Assembly: GCF_009914755.1 (NCBI RefSeq) | Contig: NC_060926.1 | From: the human T2T-CHM13v2.0 reference genome, Homo sapiens | Direction: 5' to 3' (one strand) | Length of the DNA: 64,000 bases | Shown here: positions 42,408 to 55,595 of the stretch, one piece after another | Numbering within the stretch: position 1 is the stretch's first letter | Layout: each line of letters starts with the position of its first letter | The notes under the pieces: model-generated | What the model was told of the DNA's origin: nothing | What the model saw: only the letters and a program-made list of their open reading frames with translations | The model's database searches: none | Made by a program: the position numbers and the translations under genes

Positions 42408-42524
42408 AAAAAATGCCTGGGATCTGAAAAGAGGAATGTGGTAGGGCATGGGAATTGCAATGTCGTGGTGGTCACCAGAGCATATTTTGGCTTGTCTTAA
42501 AACAAGCAAGCACCGTTGGACCTC

Positions 42525-42583
42525 TGGAATACTAACAAATTAGTCCTGCTATCAGGCTACCTATCGGAGACTGGATGCCTGAG
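42525..42583 (+). repeat. 59-bp direct repeat, copy 1 (partner 43865-43923)
   Basis: Ungapped alignment, 50/59 identical by my count. Confidence 0.88.
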
Positions 42584-43864
42584 AAAAAGTGTGTGGGTTT
42601 GTAGCTGCAGCCCCAGGCGTTGGCAGGCCCTTCTGTCAGCCCCTGCCCGCTTTCTCACTTCCAGTCGTGCTCAGTGACCTTTGCCCCTATCCGGTGTACC
42701 GTTACAGTTCATTTCAATAATTAAACAGTTCGAAGATGGCAAGACTTTTTGTGTTGTCAAGAGAAAATCAGGGCAGTGGCTTTTTCTTAATACTGAAATC
42801 AGGAGTGTTTGGGTTTAATTATATTAGCTAGTGCCTGTTCATTAATTTTCCCAATCATTGGGAGACATGTTTGCTGGAAAGATTGGCAATGGGTTAGAGC
42901 GGTTATCAAGGCAGGGCATTTCAAAGGAAAGGTATCCGAACTCTGACAAAATCAGATGTCTGAAATTTCAGTCAAGGGCCCCGGGTTTCAGTGGCAGCTT
43001 ACTCCACGAAATAAGGCAGCTACTCTCCCATCTGGAGTCCCAAGTTGTTCAGGCAACCCAGCTAAGGCATTGGACGTCAGCTCCAAATATGCTGATTTTC
43101 CAATGCCAGAAAAATAAACCACTCCTTCTGAACTCCAAGTAATTGGCTGCTGTGCCACTTTTGAAGTCTCTTACATCCTCACTCACTACGGCTCAGTGAA
43201 GCCTTACCACCTCCCCACTTCAAGAGAAGAAAAAAAAGGCAATATAATGTACTTAGTGAAACCAGCAAATTTGCCATTTTTGCTGCTTTAGCAAAAATGT
43301 TAATACTTCAAATTTGTTAGGGATGCCTTGGAAATTCTGCTTATTTTTCCCTCTTTGGAGAGTTTAATGTGTACCTTAATGCCCCCTTTCATTATCGGCC
43401 TGGCCTTCTTCCTAGCTCTTCCCTGCTGACTCCGGACCTATCCTGGTTATTTTGTGGTTGTGGCTGGCTCTTGGTCATTCAGACATGTTTGTGGCTTATA
43501 ATGTATCAAATTAGATGCTACAGTCTCCTAGGTCTCCTCCCTATTCCCTGACAAAATTTGTCTTGCTCACAAATCTCCACTGGCCTCCCTGTACTCCTTA
43601 ATCGACTATCTCCTTTGTGAACCTGAGAAATACCCAACGCCTGTCTGTACTCACAATGAAAATGGCCAAATCATAATAATTCAAAGGTGTCCTAATAACG
43701 TTTTTTAATCCTTAAGGATACAGTTCACCAATGAGTGTCCTTAATGTTTAAACGTTCAACCAGTCATGTTGTTTACAGTGAGGCTCTAGCGAATGAAGTT
43801 ATGGCTATCATAATCCTGTGATACCAGTCATAGGTAAATCCTATTTACCAAGTGAAGTAATCGG

Positions 43865-43923
43865 TGGGATAATAGCAAATTAGTCCTGCTGTCAGGCTAC
43901 CTATCAGAGGTTGGACACCTGAG
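43865..43923 (+). repeat. 59-bp direct repeat, copy 2
   Basis: CAAATTAGTCCTGCT(A/G)TCAGGCTACCTATC(G/A)GAG shared with 42525-42583. Confidence 0.88.
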
Positions 43924-44029
43924 GTGAACAGCTATATTTCTTTCTTGACTAGCCAAAAATTCAAACATAGATGACTATTAAAATCTGGTGATAGGTTAGC
44001 TATGACACCTGTGGGTTCTTGAGTCAGGA

Positions 44030-44230
44030 AAACAGGTTTTGGAGCTAGTAAATTAGGCTTACATTCTAATCCTGTTTATTTCTATCTGCAGAATTTTGGG
44101 CAAGTTACTTATGGTCTATCACCATTTCCTCCTCTGTAAAATGGACCTGATAATAGTACCTACCTCAGAGCATTGCTGGAAGGATTACATAAATAAATAT
44201 ACCTATGGAACAATGTCTTATCTCAAAGTA
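44030..44230 (+). mobile_element. MIR
   Basis: TTGGGCAAGTTACTTA...TTTCCTCCTCTGTAAAATGG...ATAATAGTACCTACCTCA. Confidence 0.8.
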
Positions 44231-44289
44231 ATGTCAGTCTTGCTATTGTAGCACCACGAGCTGATTTCTATTATAGCATTTAAGACCCA

Positions 44290-44485
44290 GATTTATAAAT
44301 TTTATTTACCTGCTTTCATTTCTTTGTAAGCTCTTTGAGAATAAACACTTGAGCACCCTTCATCTCTGTGTCCTTAGTGTATCACTGCAGTGCATTGTAC
44401 AAAACTACTCAATAAACATTTGTTAAATGAATGAATAAATAGATGATGAATGGATGGGTGGAAGGATAGCTGGATATATGGATGG
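44290..44485 (+). mobile_element. L2 3' terminus with (GATG)n-like tail
   Basis: TGTAAGCTCTTTGAGA...CTCAATAAACATTTGTTAAATGAATGAAT. Confidence 0.8.
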
Positions 44486-45879
44486 GTATATGCATATATA
44501 GCACTGTGTTTGATCATAAGCAATCATTTTAAGATCATGAAGTTATCCCTAGTGACATCTCTCTTTTTATCAGTTCCTTCAGATTGTGTTGCCTTTCCAA
44601 GCTTGGACAAGCTCCTTGCCTTGTTTTCCTCCCATTTTCTATCAATCTTTTCTCTCTTTAATCCTTCTAAATGACTGCTTATCTAATTTGATCTATTAGT
44701 GAAAGGGGCTTTATGTACTACAACTTTTGGATAGCTTGCATATTTTATCAGATTTTTTTCCCCTCACTACTTCATTCCAAGGAAGTGACTAATGTGGGAA
44801 TTTCAGTAAGGCTATTAGGAAAAGTATTTTCTGTAAAAGACTGTGGACTTTCTTTAAATCATACCCCATGAACATCTGCCTCCTCTACCTGGGGCTAAAC
44901 CTGACCCTGAACAGTACTTGTTCCAATACATAAACAGTTACATAAACTCATTTTGGGTGAAAAGATAGGGAGTAAATATTGCAAGACTAAGATGCCACAG
45001 TAAACCCCTTATAGCATATACTGAGTTACAGTTTAGTGATAGGTTGAACACATGCAGTTCAGCCTGCCTCCCCCACCCCTGAGGAAGTGAAGCCAGAGTA
45101 GTAACATGAAATATTCACGTCTCACATTTTCCAGGTGTACACAAGCCAAATCTCCCAGTGATGTTGGCGACTTCTCAGAGTTGCAAAATAATGGAGAAAT
45201 TTTCAAGTGAATGATTCTCTGGCTATCTTAAGAATATCCTTTATTCCTACTTGTTCTTTCAAATTTGATATTTCAACAGCAGTGCAGGGTCAAAGTAGAA
45301 TTCAGACAAGTGTCACGTATCTTGCTGAGGTAACAGGTGTATAATGAAGAATTTCTAAAGCTAGAAAATACAATAGATAAAGAAGAATTCAATAAAAACT
45401 CTAAAGTTTAATATTTACACTGAAGGGCATTTATTAATAAAGTTGGAAATATGTCTTAAGCAGTTTTCCAAATGCCTGGTTAATAGCTGTTAGTTACTGA
45501 AAGCATATATGGAGCACAGTTGAAAGAGTCCTTAAACTGCAGAGGAAGAAAATGTAGGAGGAACAAGGATGCCACTGGCATCACCTTTCTTTATAAGCAA
45601 ACCCTATTCATTGTGGGTGCTCTGAAAAAAGCTTGTAAAAGATGTAAAGGAGAAGACCTCAAGGTTACACGTGATGAAAGAGAAAGGACAATAGTGTAAG
45701 GGAAAATTAGCATAGGAGAAAAGAAAAGAACAACCACAGAGGAGAGAGAAAACTCCAAGAATTTAATTCTACAGATGCAGGGGACAGAAAGAATGATCAG
45801 TGGAGAGTATAACTTGCAGAAAGATGCAACAGTGTGAGAAATAAGGAACGGAGGGAGAATGTGTTTGTTATTCACAACT

Positions 45880-46090
45880 ATATATTCTCAGCAGAGCTAG
45901 GCCCTGTTTTATCATACCAAGAATCCTTGAATACAGGTATTTTTGGTCCCCATTTCATAAAAGAAGAATTTGGGGCTCACAGAGGGAAAGCCACATGCCT
46001 CAGGTCAATGTTAAGTAAAAACAGGTCCAGGATTCCAATGCCGTTGTCTGTCCCCATCTACATTTTCCTCTATGCCTTCGGCACTTTTAC
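45880..46090 (-). mobile_element. MIR
   Basis: CCCATTTCATAAAAGAAGAATTTGGGGCTCACAGAGGGAAAG... antisense MIR core. Confidence 0.6.
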
Positions 46091-46169
46091 TCTGCACTGT
46101 CTGTCTCTCAGTATGGGCAATTGATTTCATGTTCCGTCATTTCCTAGGAAAGAATGGAGACTCCAGAGA

Positions 46170-46360
46170 GAGTAGTATGGTCTGGTGAAAAGGAAGCTGT
46201 CATAGGAGGGATGGATCCCTTAGTTTCAGTACAAGCTTTGTCACTAACTAGCTATGTGCTTTTTAACTGCTGGTCGAAGTTCCTTTCCTCCTCATCTGTG
46301 AAATGAGGGGCTAGGGACTCAATGTTGTCTTAAGGTAGCTTTTGGCTCCAATATTATATG
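46170..46360 (+). mobile_element. MIR/MIR3
   Basis: CTTTGTCACTAACTAGCTATGTG...CCTCATCTGTGAAATGAGGGG. Confidence 0.65.
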
Positions 46361-47236
46361 ATTCAATTGAATTAAATGAATGTGAACATAAGTAGTGAGG
46401 GCTGGGTTCTAGAGATGGTACAGAAATATACTCCCAGCAAGTAAGAGTTGTTAAGGTCATTAGGAGAAATGCTTTAAATTTACATTGCATCAAGTCAATG
46501 AAAAAAGAAACTACATGGGGATACTGAACAAATGTGAAAATCAGAAGACAGATATTTCAAAACTTTTTGGAGAGCATCTGAAAGGAATACAGGAGGGAAG
46601 TCAGTAGGAGAAAGGTTGAATCAAAGTTTTCCCCCCTTTGGGGAAACAGCTGCACTGCTGATGTCCCTTGCCTTGTAACAGAGTTGTGTACTGATTTCAG
46701 AATATGGAACCACTTGTAGTATTTTTTCTCTCTACTGATTCCAATGAGTATATTATATTCCTAGATAGGTAATTTTGTATTCTCTCTTTATTTTATAACT
46801 TGCTGCCAGTTAGCTCTGGGTGCTAATGTAAACTTCACTATTCATTTAACCTCTTTGAAACTTTTTCTTCATTTGTAAAATGTGGTTGGTTACCTATAAC
46901 TTGAAGGCGGTTGTTCAAAAGAAATAAGCTTATCTCTTTAAAATAAATTTAAAATTATATAGTATATACATACTATTTATCTTATTATGAATATAGAGCC
47001 AAATCTTCAATTATCTATATTTTTGTCATATAGCAATAGCACAAATAATTTATAAAATCTCAAATTTATTCATGATTTATTTTAATTTTAGTATATTTTA
47101 TTTTAAGTAATTAGAGATATAACAAGCCATAATATCATAAGGAAAATACACATTTAAAATTAATCCTGCCTCTTTGTTTCTAGATCTTGCTTTCTTTTGT
47201 ATGTTTGCAAAGAATATATAGTACACTTCCTTGATC

Positions 47237-47421
47237 TGTGGTTCCTAAAGTGTGATTCCCAACAAGCAGCATCAGGATCATCTGGAAACTTGATAGAAAT
47301 GTAAATTCTACAGTCCCTCCTTGGAGCTACAGATTCAGAAATTCTGAAGTTTAAGTCCAGCAGTTGGTTATAATAAGCTCTCTAGGTGATTCTGACTTGC
47401 ACCAAGGTTGGTGGACCAATG
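47237..47421 (+). mobile_element. MER5A (hAT-Charlie)
   Basis: GTGGTTCCTAAAGTGTG...AGCAGCATCAGGATCATCTGGAAACTTGATAGAAATG...CTCTAGGTGATTCTGA. Confidence 0.8.
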
Positions 47422-47799
47422 CCTTAGATTAGTAAAAAGCACTGTCATAGAGTAAGCACTGCCAAATCCACAGATATTCATTGAATGGCTACCAGACATA
47501 AGATACTATGTACACTGATTAGAAAAGTAAATACATAAAGCAGATCTCATGATGCTTGCTTCTGCTTTTCACTGTGTTTAAGAGAGAAATAGGGAAGGAG
47601 AAAGGACTATGTCAAGTTGTACAAACATTAACAAACATTAAGTTTTAATCCAGCACATCTGGGTGAGAAATGGCAAATGATTCAATTCAGGAGAGAAGAA
47701 TTTCTTTGTTATATACTATCTGAGACATATCCCATATCCCCTGCCCAGACATACTAAAAATTGCTTTAATTTCTTCTAAAGAGATAAAAGGAAAGGGGA

Positions 47800-47827
47800 A
47801 TGGGGGAGGGAGGGAGGGAGAGAGTTG

Positions 47828-47877
<50 letters not shown>
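47800..47877. repeat. (GA)n / polypurine tract
   Basis: Visible GGGA and GA runs. Confidence 0.95.
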
Positions 47878-47880
<3 letters not shown>

Positions 47881-49008
47881 GTGCCAAGCTTTCTCTCTGA
47901 AGTGAAAGAGATAAAGAGATATGTTCTGCTTAGCACCCTGAACAAAGATAAGTTTGAAGAGACATGGTGGAAGAAAGGGAAAGGCCACAAGAAGGAGACA
48001 GAAATATTGGTACTACCTGCAAAGTAGATTTAAAAATCTAATAACAACCCTCAATCACTGCTCAGGGCAGTGGCATTACTTTGGGGATGAGGAGTCAATA
48101 ACTGTGGAGGAGGAGTCAATTACTGTGGAGAGGAGAAAGCTGTCACTCTCTTGGGCACATTCCCCAAATGTATGTTATCAGACAGCTGTTTAGTTGGAGA
48201 CTTCCAACAATTTTCAAGCCATAAAATAAGTAGGTCACACCCTCACAGTATCTATTTATTTATGTGTTTTTAATAACTCTCATAAATGTACAATAAATAA
48301 AACCCAGACAATAATATTTAGAGGATAAAAACAAATAAATACCATTTTTAGTAGTTCGTTAGCACAAATCACTGGTCTGCTTTGCTCACCCACTTTGAAA
48401 ATCATTAGTTGAGACTAAGGTGTAAAGGCATTTGAGTTGCAGTGAGAGAGGAAAGATAGATCTGGGTTTTATATCCTCAAGCATCATTGACTCAGATAGA
48501 CAAGTAAAGACAGCGGTTTTTGATGGTGAATGTGTATTTTAATCTGCTGGATCCTCCATCAACTAATAAGCACAAGACCCATTCTTCTCCTCTCCCACAA
48601 AGTTGACTCTAACACTTTCTCATTAGGTTCCTTCAGAACCCAGCAAAGCTTCTCTGAGTGGTAGAGTGGTCACCACAGCTTACAAGGAGAGGAATATCCA
48701 AAGAGTAATTTAAACTTAATTTGGCTGCACACAATCTCCTTTTCCCATGACTCATAAACCCACAGTTCTCTAAACAAAACACAAAATTAGCAATGTGTTT
48801 GTGGGTGCTTTGGGCAGGTGGAAGGCTAAAGGGAAAAGAGTTTGAAGAGCCCAAGGCAGGTTTAAAGATATAGCTTTAAACAGCAATTCAATGAGCACGA
48901 ATTCAGAAGATGCCAGAAATTGGAGGGAGAAATGACTCATAATAATTTGAAAAGAAGTTGGGCAGGCCAGGCTTTTGGATTAAGTTTTGTTTCTGTTAAA
49001 TGATGTTT

Positions 49009-49010
<2 letters not shown>

Positions 49011-49044
<34 letters not shown>
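49011..49044. repeat. (GT)n microsatellite
   Basis: Visible GT run. Confidence 0.95.
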
Positions 49045-49046
<2 letters not shown>

Positions 49047-50254
49047 AGCATAGGTCAGAAACATTGAGGAGGTGGTTTTGTTGGAGAGAAAACAATGGGA
49101 AAAATGTTAACTTATTTTGATCTAGATAAAAAGAGCCAGGAACCCTAGACTGACCTCTTAGTTTCTTTAGGCTGGGAACCTGAGCTACCAGGGAGAGCGT
49201 ATAGCTCAACAATACTGTATTTAAAATCATGAAACACAAGTTAGCAAATTAAGAGCCTTTCCTAGGTATTTGTTTTCAGACTGGAGTGATCTCTTCAAAT
49301 AATAAATTGCTTCAATTAACTACCTGTTATATATCTTCGTTTATGGCCAGGATCAAGACATTAAAATTCTTCAACCCATGCTCTCCCACACATACCTTGC
49401 ACAGACTCACCTTAATTTGACATTGTCATATTGATTGTGAGTCTGTGGCCAAGATCAGGATCACTAAGTCCTTGAATTTAACTACCTATCTCCATTGCAT
49501 GATTTCAAGGAGTATATGTGGAAGAGAGAATACACTAGATAAATATACCCTTATTAGTGATTTCATAGGGAAACCAATGTGCAATGTAGCCCGTTAATGG
49601 TAAAGAAAGCTGGCCCATATGTGGGCCCCTGGGATTCCTAGTGACTGTGTTAAATTAGAAGGAAGAAGACCTCAAATCCCACTAGGATTATGGGAGGGAA
49701 GAGTGAAACAAGGTGTGAGTCAATAGACAAGCCACCCAAAAGAGTACTTTCTAGATAGAAGTAACAGCTTTTAAAAATGTCTTACCTCTCAGAAAGATGA
49801 AACCAAACTCTCCAGTTAACACTAGTGCAGGCAGTGAGGCTGGAATGAGAGTTTGGAGAAGAAAGGGCAAATGCAATGATTATATTCTATTCTATAGTTT
49901 ACAAATGAATATAGTGCATTTTAAAAATTTGTCTGAAAATGACTTTAAAAAATCAGTGGGAATTCTCAAATACTAAATCTCTGTGTATCTGGTGACTAAA
50001 AGCTAAGCCTAATGGAAGATAAAATGTTGCCTTCTACAATTATTTGGAACTGAGAATCAATTTTACCATTACTATTGGACCAAACATAGATATATATATA
50101 TTCTTCCCCAAATTCATGATCAAATAAGTATTTTGGGAGCCCTCCCAATTCCTAAGTTTTCACATTCCTGAGCCAGGATGTGAAAATTTATTTCATCTTA
50201 CTTTTCAACTCTGCTCTCATGATGATGACTTCCTGGAACACATATTAAAAATGA

Positions 50255-50632
<378 letters not shown>

Positions 50633-52324
50633 AGTAGTATGTATTCTTGTATTTGACATTCAAGAATAATAGGAAAATATGTACAGAAAGTGAAAAGGAA
50701 AGAGAATATTTGGATATCTGTGGTGTGTACAGAAAGTATAATGAGGCAAGAATACCATACGAAGAAATGGAAGATTCTCAAGGAGAGGGTAAGGCTTATG
50801 TCTCAAGATAACATGACAAGATTGTATCAGACATTTGATACATATCAGACATTTGATATGTATCTGATACATTCTAAAACAATTTTAATATTTTAGTACC
50901 AAAAAAAAAAAAACCCCTCCAAATCTATGCATACTTGGAAGGCACAAAGCACGAGCTCAAACAAGAACAATCTTTTGGTTCTCTGATGTAGGGGAAATTC
51001 CAGAAGGAGCCACTGAGCCTTATGAGTGCATTTTCCCAAAGGATTATAAAAGCACACAGTGCTGGGCCAGTGCACATTCCTTCTGATGTTCTCGTTTACC
51101 TTTTCCCTGCTTTTTTTCTCATTTCTCTTGTTATTCCTAAATGCTTAACATTTAGGAGTTCTTCCTTTTAACAAGTTCTTTAGCCTTTGACTTGCCTGTC
51201 ACCACGGAGTTTTATGCTTTTGTTATAAGGCAGTGAGCTTGCTCCACACACAGTCCAAACTGAGCAAAAAACCCTTCAAAAGCCCCCCAAATGATGGCCT
51301 TGTCTTTTTTAATGTATGCTCAAAAAAATGAAACAATCTGCTTGATTCCTTGTGTTAGAACAGCTGGAATGAAATGAATAGAGGGGGGTGAGCAGTTCTG
51401 CAAAATCTTTGATAATAGAGAAATGCAAGTGTTCCCCGTCAGCAGTAGGATGACAATTTCTCTGGTATGAATGATGTAACCAAATGGTTGTATATCGCTG
51501 CCCCATTCTTTCTTGTCCCAAGGCACCCTTGGAAATGCAATGCTACATCTCAATGGGATTTTCCAGTACAAAGATTCTTTTCAAATAACATAATTGTGGA
51601 TACACACCACTCCTACAGTGGTAAGTATACTGAAGATGTGCCAAAACATTAGGGCAAAAATTCAGTTCCCATGGCATACAAGCAGGAACCCAACCATTTG
51701 CAGCAATAAATAAAATTTTTGTAGACTACGAGATTATAAAGTATGCATTCTCTGTTAGAATCAAATTGCCTGTTTGTTTGTTTTGGAGTAAAACAACCTG
51801 ATAAATGAAAGAAGAAAGAAAAGCATATATGAATGCAGAATTTGCGAATATTTTTGTTTCATAGCTGAAACTGGTATATTTTATTGCTCTCAAATATGAA
51901 GCCAATAGATGATAAGTGATCATATAAAGAGATAACAATTCTTTACTTAATATTGGTTGAACTCTTACTTCCTTGACTTCCTGAGACTGTGTAAACAAAA
52001 TGAACAGGTAAGCAAATTAAAAACAACAATGAAAAATCTTGCCATCTAAGGTTCAACCAAAATAGAGTTCAGGTATAAAGAATAGCATAACAGAGGGAGG
52101 AAAAAAATGAGCATAAATAAATCATTGGGCATCACATTTCTGGAAGCCATGACATATTCACAGTAGTTGAATAAACTTGCTTTAAAAATGTGAAGATGTG
52201 TGTAGAACACATAATAGACAGATTTGGATGGCTTCATCGGATGAATTAGAACCAATGGGTAAACTATAGAAGGGCAAATCAGATACCAGCTAAAAATAAG
52301 AAAGAAAATCTTAGCTACATTTAC

Positions 52325-52700
52325 TGTATTAGTCCATTCTCACACTGCTAATAAAAAGATACCCAAGACTGGGTAATTTATAAAGAAAAGAGGTTTAATT
52401 GACTCACAGATCAGCATGGCTGGGGAGGCCTCAGGAAACTTGCAACCATGGCGGAATGGAAAGCACACACGTGCTTCTTTACATGGTGGCAGCAAGGAGA
52501 AGTGCCAAGCAAAGGAGGGAAATGCCCCTTATAAAACCATCAGATCTCATGAGAACTCCCTCATAATCATGAGAACAGCATGAGGGTAACCACCACCATT
52601 ATTAAATTACCTCCCACTCGGTCCCTCCCATGACACATGGGGATTATGGGAACTACAATTCAAGATGAGATTTGGGTGGGGACACAGCCAAATTATACCC
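52325..52700 (-). mobile_element. THE1 (MaLR) solo LTR
   Basis: TGTATTAGTCCATTCTCACACTGCTAATAAA...GATTTGGGTGGGGACACAGCCAAA. Confidence 0.93.
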
Positions 52701-53019
52701 AACAGTAATAACAGTAATAACAAACACTATGACTGGAAACTTTTGAGATGAAATTGCAGTGAATAAGACCCAGGGACTCCTTGCCATAATTCCAGAATTT
52801 CCCAGGCTATGATAGTGAAGCAATGACAGGTACAGTGCGTACTTGAGGAAGTTTATTCCTTTAGGAGCGTCGTGAAGAACAAAATATAAGACTCTTGTGT
52901 TAGGGAGTAGGAGGTAAGAAAGGGTCTGGACTGTGAGTCACTGCTCAAAACTGTAGGCTTCACTAGACACTCATTTTAATCTAGCATTCATTCTCTCTCT
53001 CTCTTTTTTTTTTGGCTGA

Positions 53020-53530
53020 AGTCACTCTAATTTTCCTAGGAAAACCAATTCTTCCCTACTCATAACTCATTTAGTTGAGGTTCACATCACCCAGTTAGTT
53101 CTAAGGAAAATATTGTGACTTGCATCTGCTAAAAAAGAAAAAAACATTACATCCCATGGCCACAGTGATTGGTTAAACAATAAGTGTGTGACCCACAATC
53201 AGCCAGTTGGAGCCAAAGAAACCCAGTGAGAAGGAGTCTCCATGCTAGTGTTGTTGAGTGGTCTCAACAAAAGCCTAGAGCTTTTGGAGGTCATCTTGTC
53301 ATCATAGAAGAAGAGCCTATGTGAAATAAAGTTAACCCAGAATAAAGCAGAACTGAGAAAGGGTGCCGAGTAAAAAGGAGTATGAATTTATGTGTGCTTG
53401 CAACCAGTCATACATAAAACTAACCTAAACTTTTCACTCTTTGAGCCTCCCTCACCTCAATCATTGTTTCATTATGTCTGTTTGAGTTGATTTTCTGTCA
53501 CATGCAACCAAAATGTTCTGATTAATATAT
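53020..53530 (+). mobile_element. Old MaLR LTR (MLT1J/K-like)
   Basis: GGCCACAGTGATTGGTT...GTTTGAGTTGATTTTCTGTCACATGCAACCAAAA. Confidence 0.6.
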
Positions 53531-54444
53531 GGATGTCAAGTGAGAACCATGGTGTGAAGTTCCTGGACAGTCAGCAGTTCCCAAGAGCCAGGAGAAAGGC
53601 AATGGAAAATGTGACTGCCCCATGACTTTTTAGAAGCTAGCGCTGAGTACTACACACCATTGACCTTAACCACATTCTCTATTCATATCATTGATTGAAT
53701 CTTAATTTTATTTTCTCTCAACCTCTGCTAAATAATTTCATTTCCTCATAGCCTTTTCAAACCCATCCCATCTTATTTCAGGCATTCTAGACTTCAGACC
53801 ACCATAATTTTTACATGCCCAAATACACAGGTATAATTTGGTGCAATGGGAAAAAAATGACAACTAAATTGATTTAAATGCTCGCCTGTTATTGTCGTAC
53901 TGGGTTCTACCCTTCTTAATTCCTTTATTCTTGTATTGTGTTGTATATTGTTATTTATTGAGTTATGTATTGTCTTTGTGTTTCATTTGAATGCTCTAGA
54001 GAGGGAATAAATTTATAAATGCTTAGAATGATGTAGTTTTCATACAATTATTTTATTTCTATTGTGAAATTGTATTTGTAATTTTAAATGTTTCCTTAAA
54101 ATACTTTAGTCAGGTTCCTGGCACACATTGTTTTTATTTGCAAATAAATGTAATACAATTTGATGAGAAGCAATGTTTAGTACATAATGAATCCTTAAGC
54201 AATTGTTTTTCAATTTTGTTTATGATAGATTATGCCTTGCAATGACAGAAGATAGCATGTTAATAAACTTAGGAGAAGTAGGAAAAGTTGAATAGGATGC
54301 CAGCATCTTAAGATAGGAATTTTTTTAATCTCTTATTTTAATTGTTGAAAAAAATTAAGCTTAGGAACTCCTACTTTTAGAAAAAAAAGGAGACCAGTAC
54401 TTCCTTCCCACCAATTGCAGTGCTTTTTAATTTTTTAGATGATA

Positions 54445-54560
54445 AGATATATATATCTTATCATATATATGTGTATATATACATATATATGTATAAATAT
54501 AAATATATATAAATAATATATGTATATATATTTTATATATATATATATGTATATATATAT
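54445..54560. repeat. (TA)n-rich tract
   Basis: Visible degenerate TA repeat. Confidence 0.92.
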
Positions 54561-55419
54561 AAAAGTAGTACATATTCTGTATCCTGGAGCTTAAAGAACA
54601 AATTTCTGGCAAGGTGAGGTGACTGGCCCAGTGTCGCAGCTCCTCTAGTCTCATCTGACTACTGTTCCAGCAGAAGGCAGCGATGTCCTGAGCTTACCTG
54701 TAGCTTATAACCTTCACCAAAGCTAATCATTCTGAAGCATGGTCACTTCTACAAGCAAATTTAACCAGCAAATGGCTCCAAAGGGAAAAGAGCTGTTACT
54801 TTTTTTTTTTTCATTTACTCAATTCCATTTAGATGCCTTTGAATAAAAAAAGGAGAGAACATCATTTTAGTTATTCTAGCCTGCTTTCTGAGATAAGCAT
54901 AGGTTTGTTCATATGGGATTATATCATTTATGTTTTTTTTTTTATTCCTTTAAGGATAGCTACCCCATATAATTCAATGGTTTAGATTCTTGTTCCCAAA
55001 AGCTTTGAACATGAGTCTCTTCTTGCCTTATGTAATCTTCTGTCAAATACAAACTCAGCTAGTAGGACCTCTAACTTTGTATAAGAATGCACTAAGCCGA
55101 GAAGTTAATAATTGAGGGTTATGACTGCAAGAATATAAAGGTGTTTCTTTTATTTCAGGAATTATACAGATTATGTACATGAAAGCTATAAATAAACAAG
55201 CAGAAATCTTTCCCTTGTGGTCTTACCCAGGGTATTTCACCCATTCTCCAACAATATTTTACAAAACCAAAGAGCCAAAATAAAATTCAAATTGTGGTTT
55301 CAATAGTAGAATTGCTTACATTTATGTAGTTTGAGGAAGTCTAATTTAGAATTCACAGGCCATGGATTTAGTCCCTGCTCTGCCGCTATACACTATTCTC
55401 TGACAATAGGCAGCCTAGA

Positions 55420-55595
55420 CCAAGGATTCTTAGACTTGAGTGAGTGTTGGAATCATGGGTAGAGCTTCTTTAAAATGCAGATTCCTAGGTGGACCCTACC
55501 AGCAGAGATTCTGATTCTGCAGGTCCAGGGTGAGGCTCATGCATTTGCATTCTAAGTGAGGCTGATGCAATGATGATCTTTGAAAAATCAGTAGT
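55420..55595. mobile_element. MER5-family hAT element
   Basis: AAAATGCAGATTCCTAGG...CAGAGATTCTGATTCTGCAGGTCCAGGGTGAGGC...ATTTGCATT. Confidence 0.75.

Noticed and set aside
47687-48027. SLSLSL / ERERER ORFs
   Set aside because: Artefacts of the (GA)n microsatellite.
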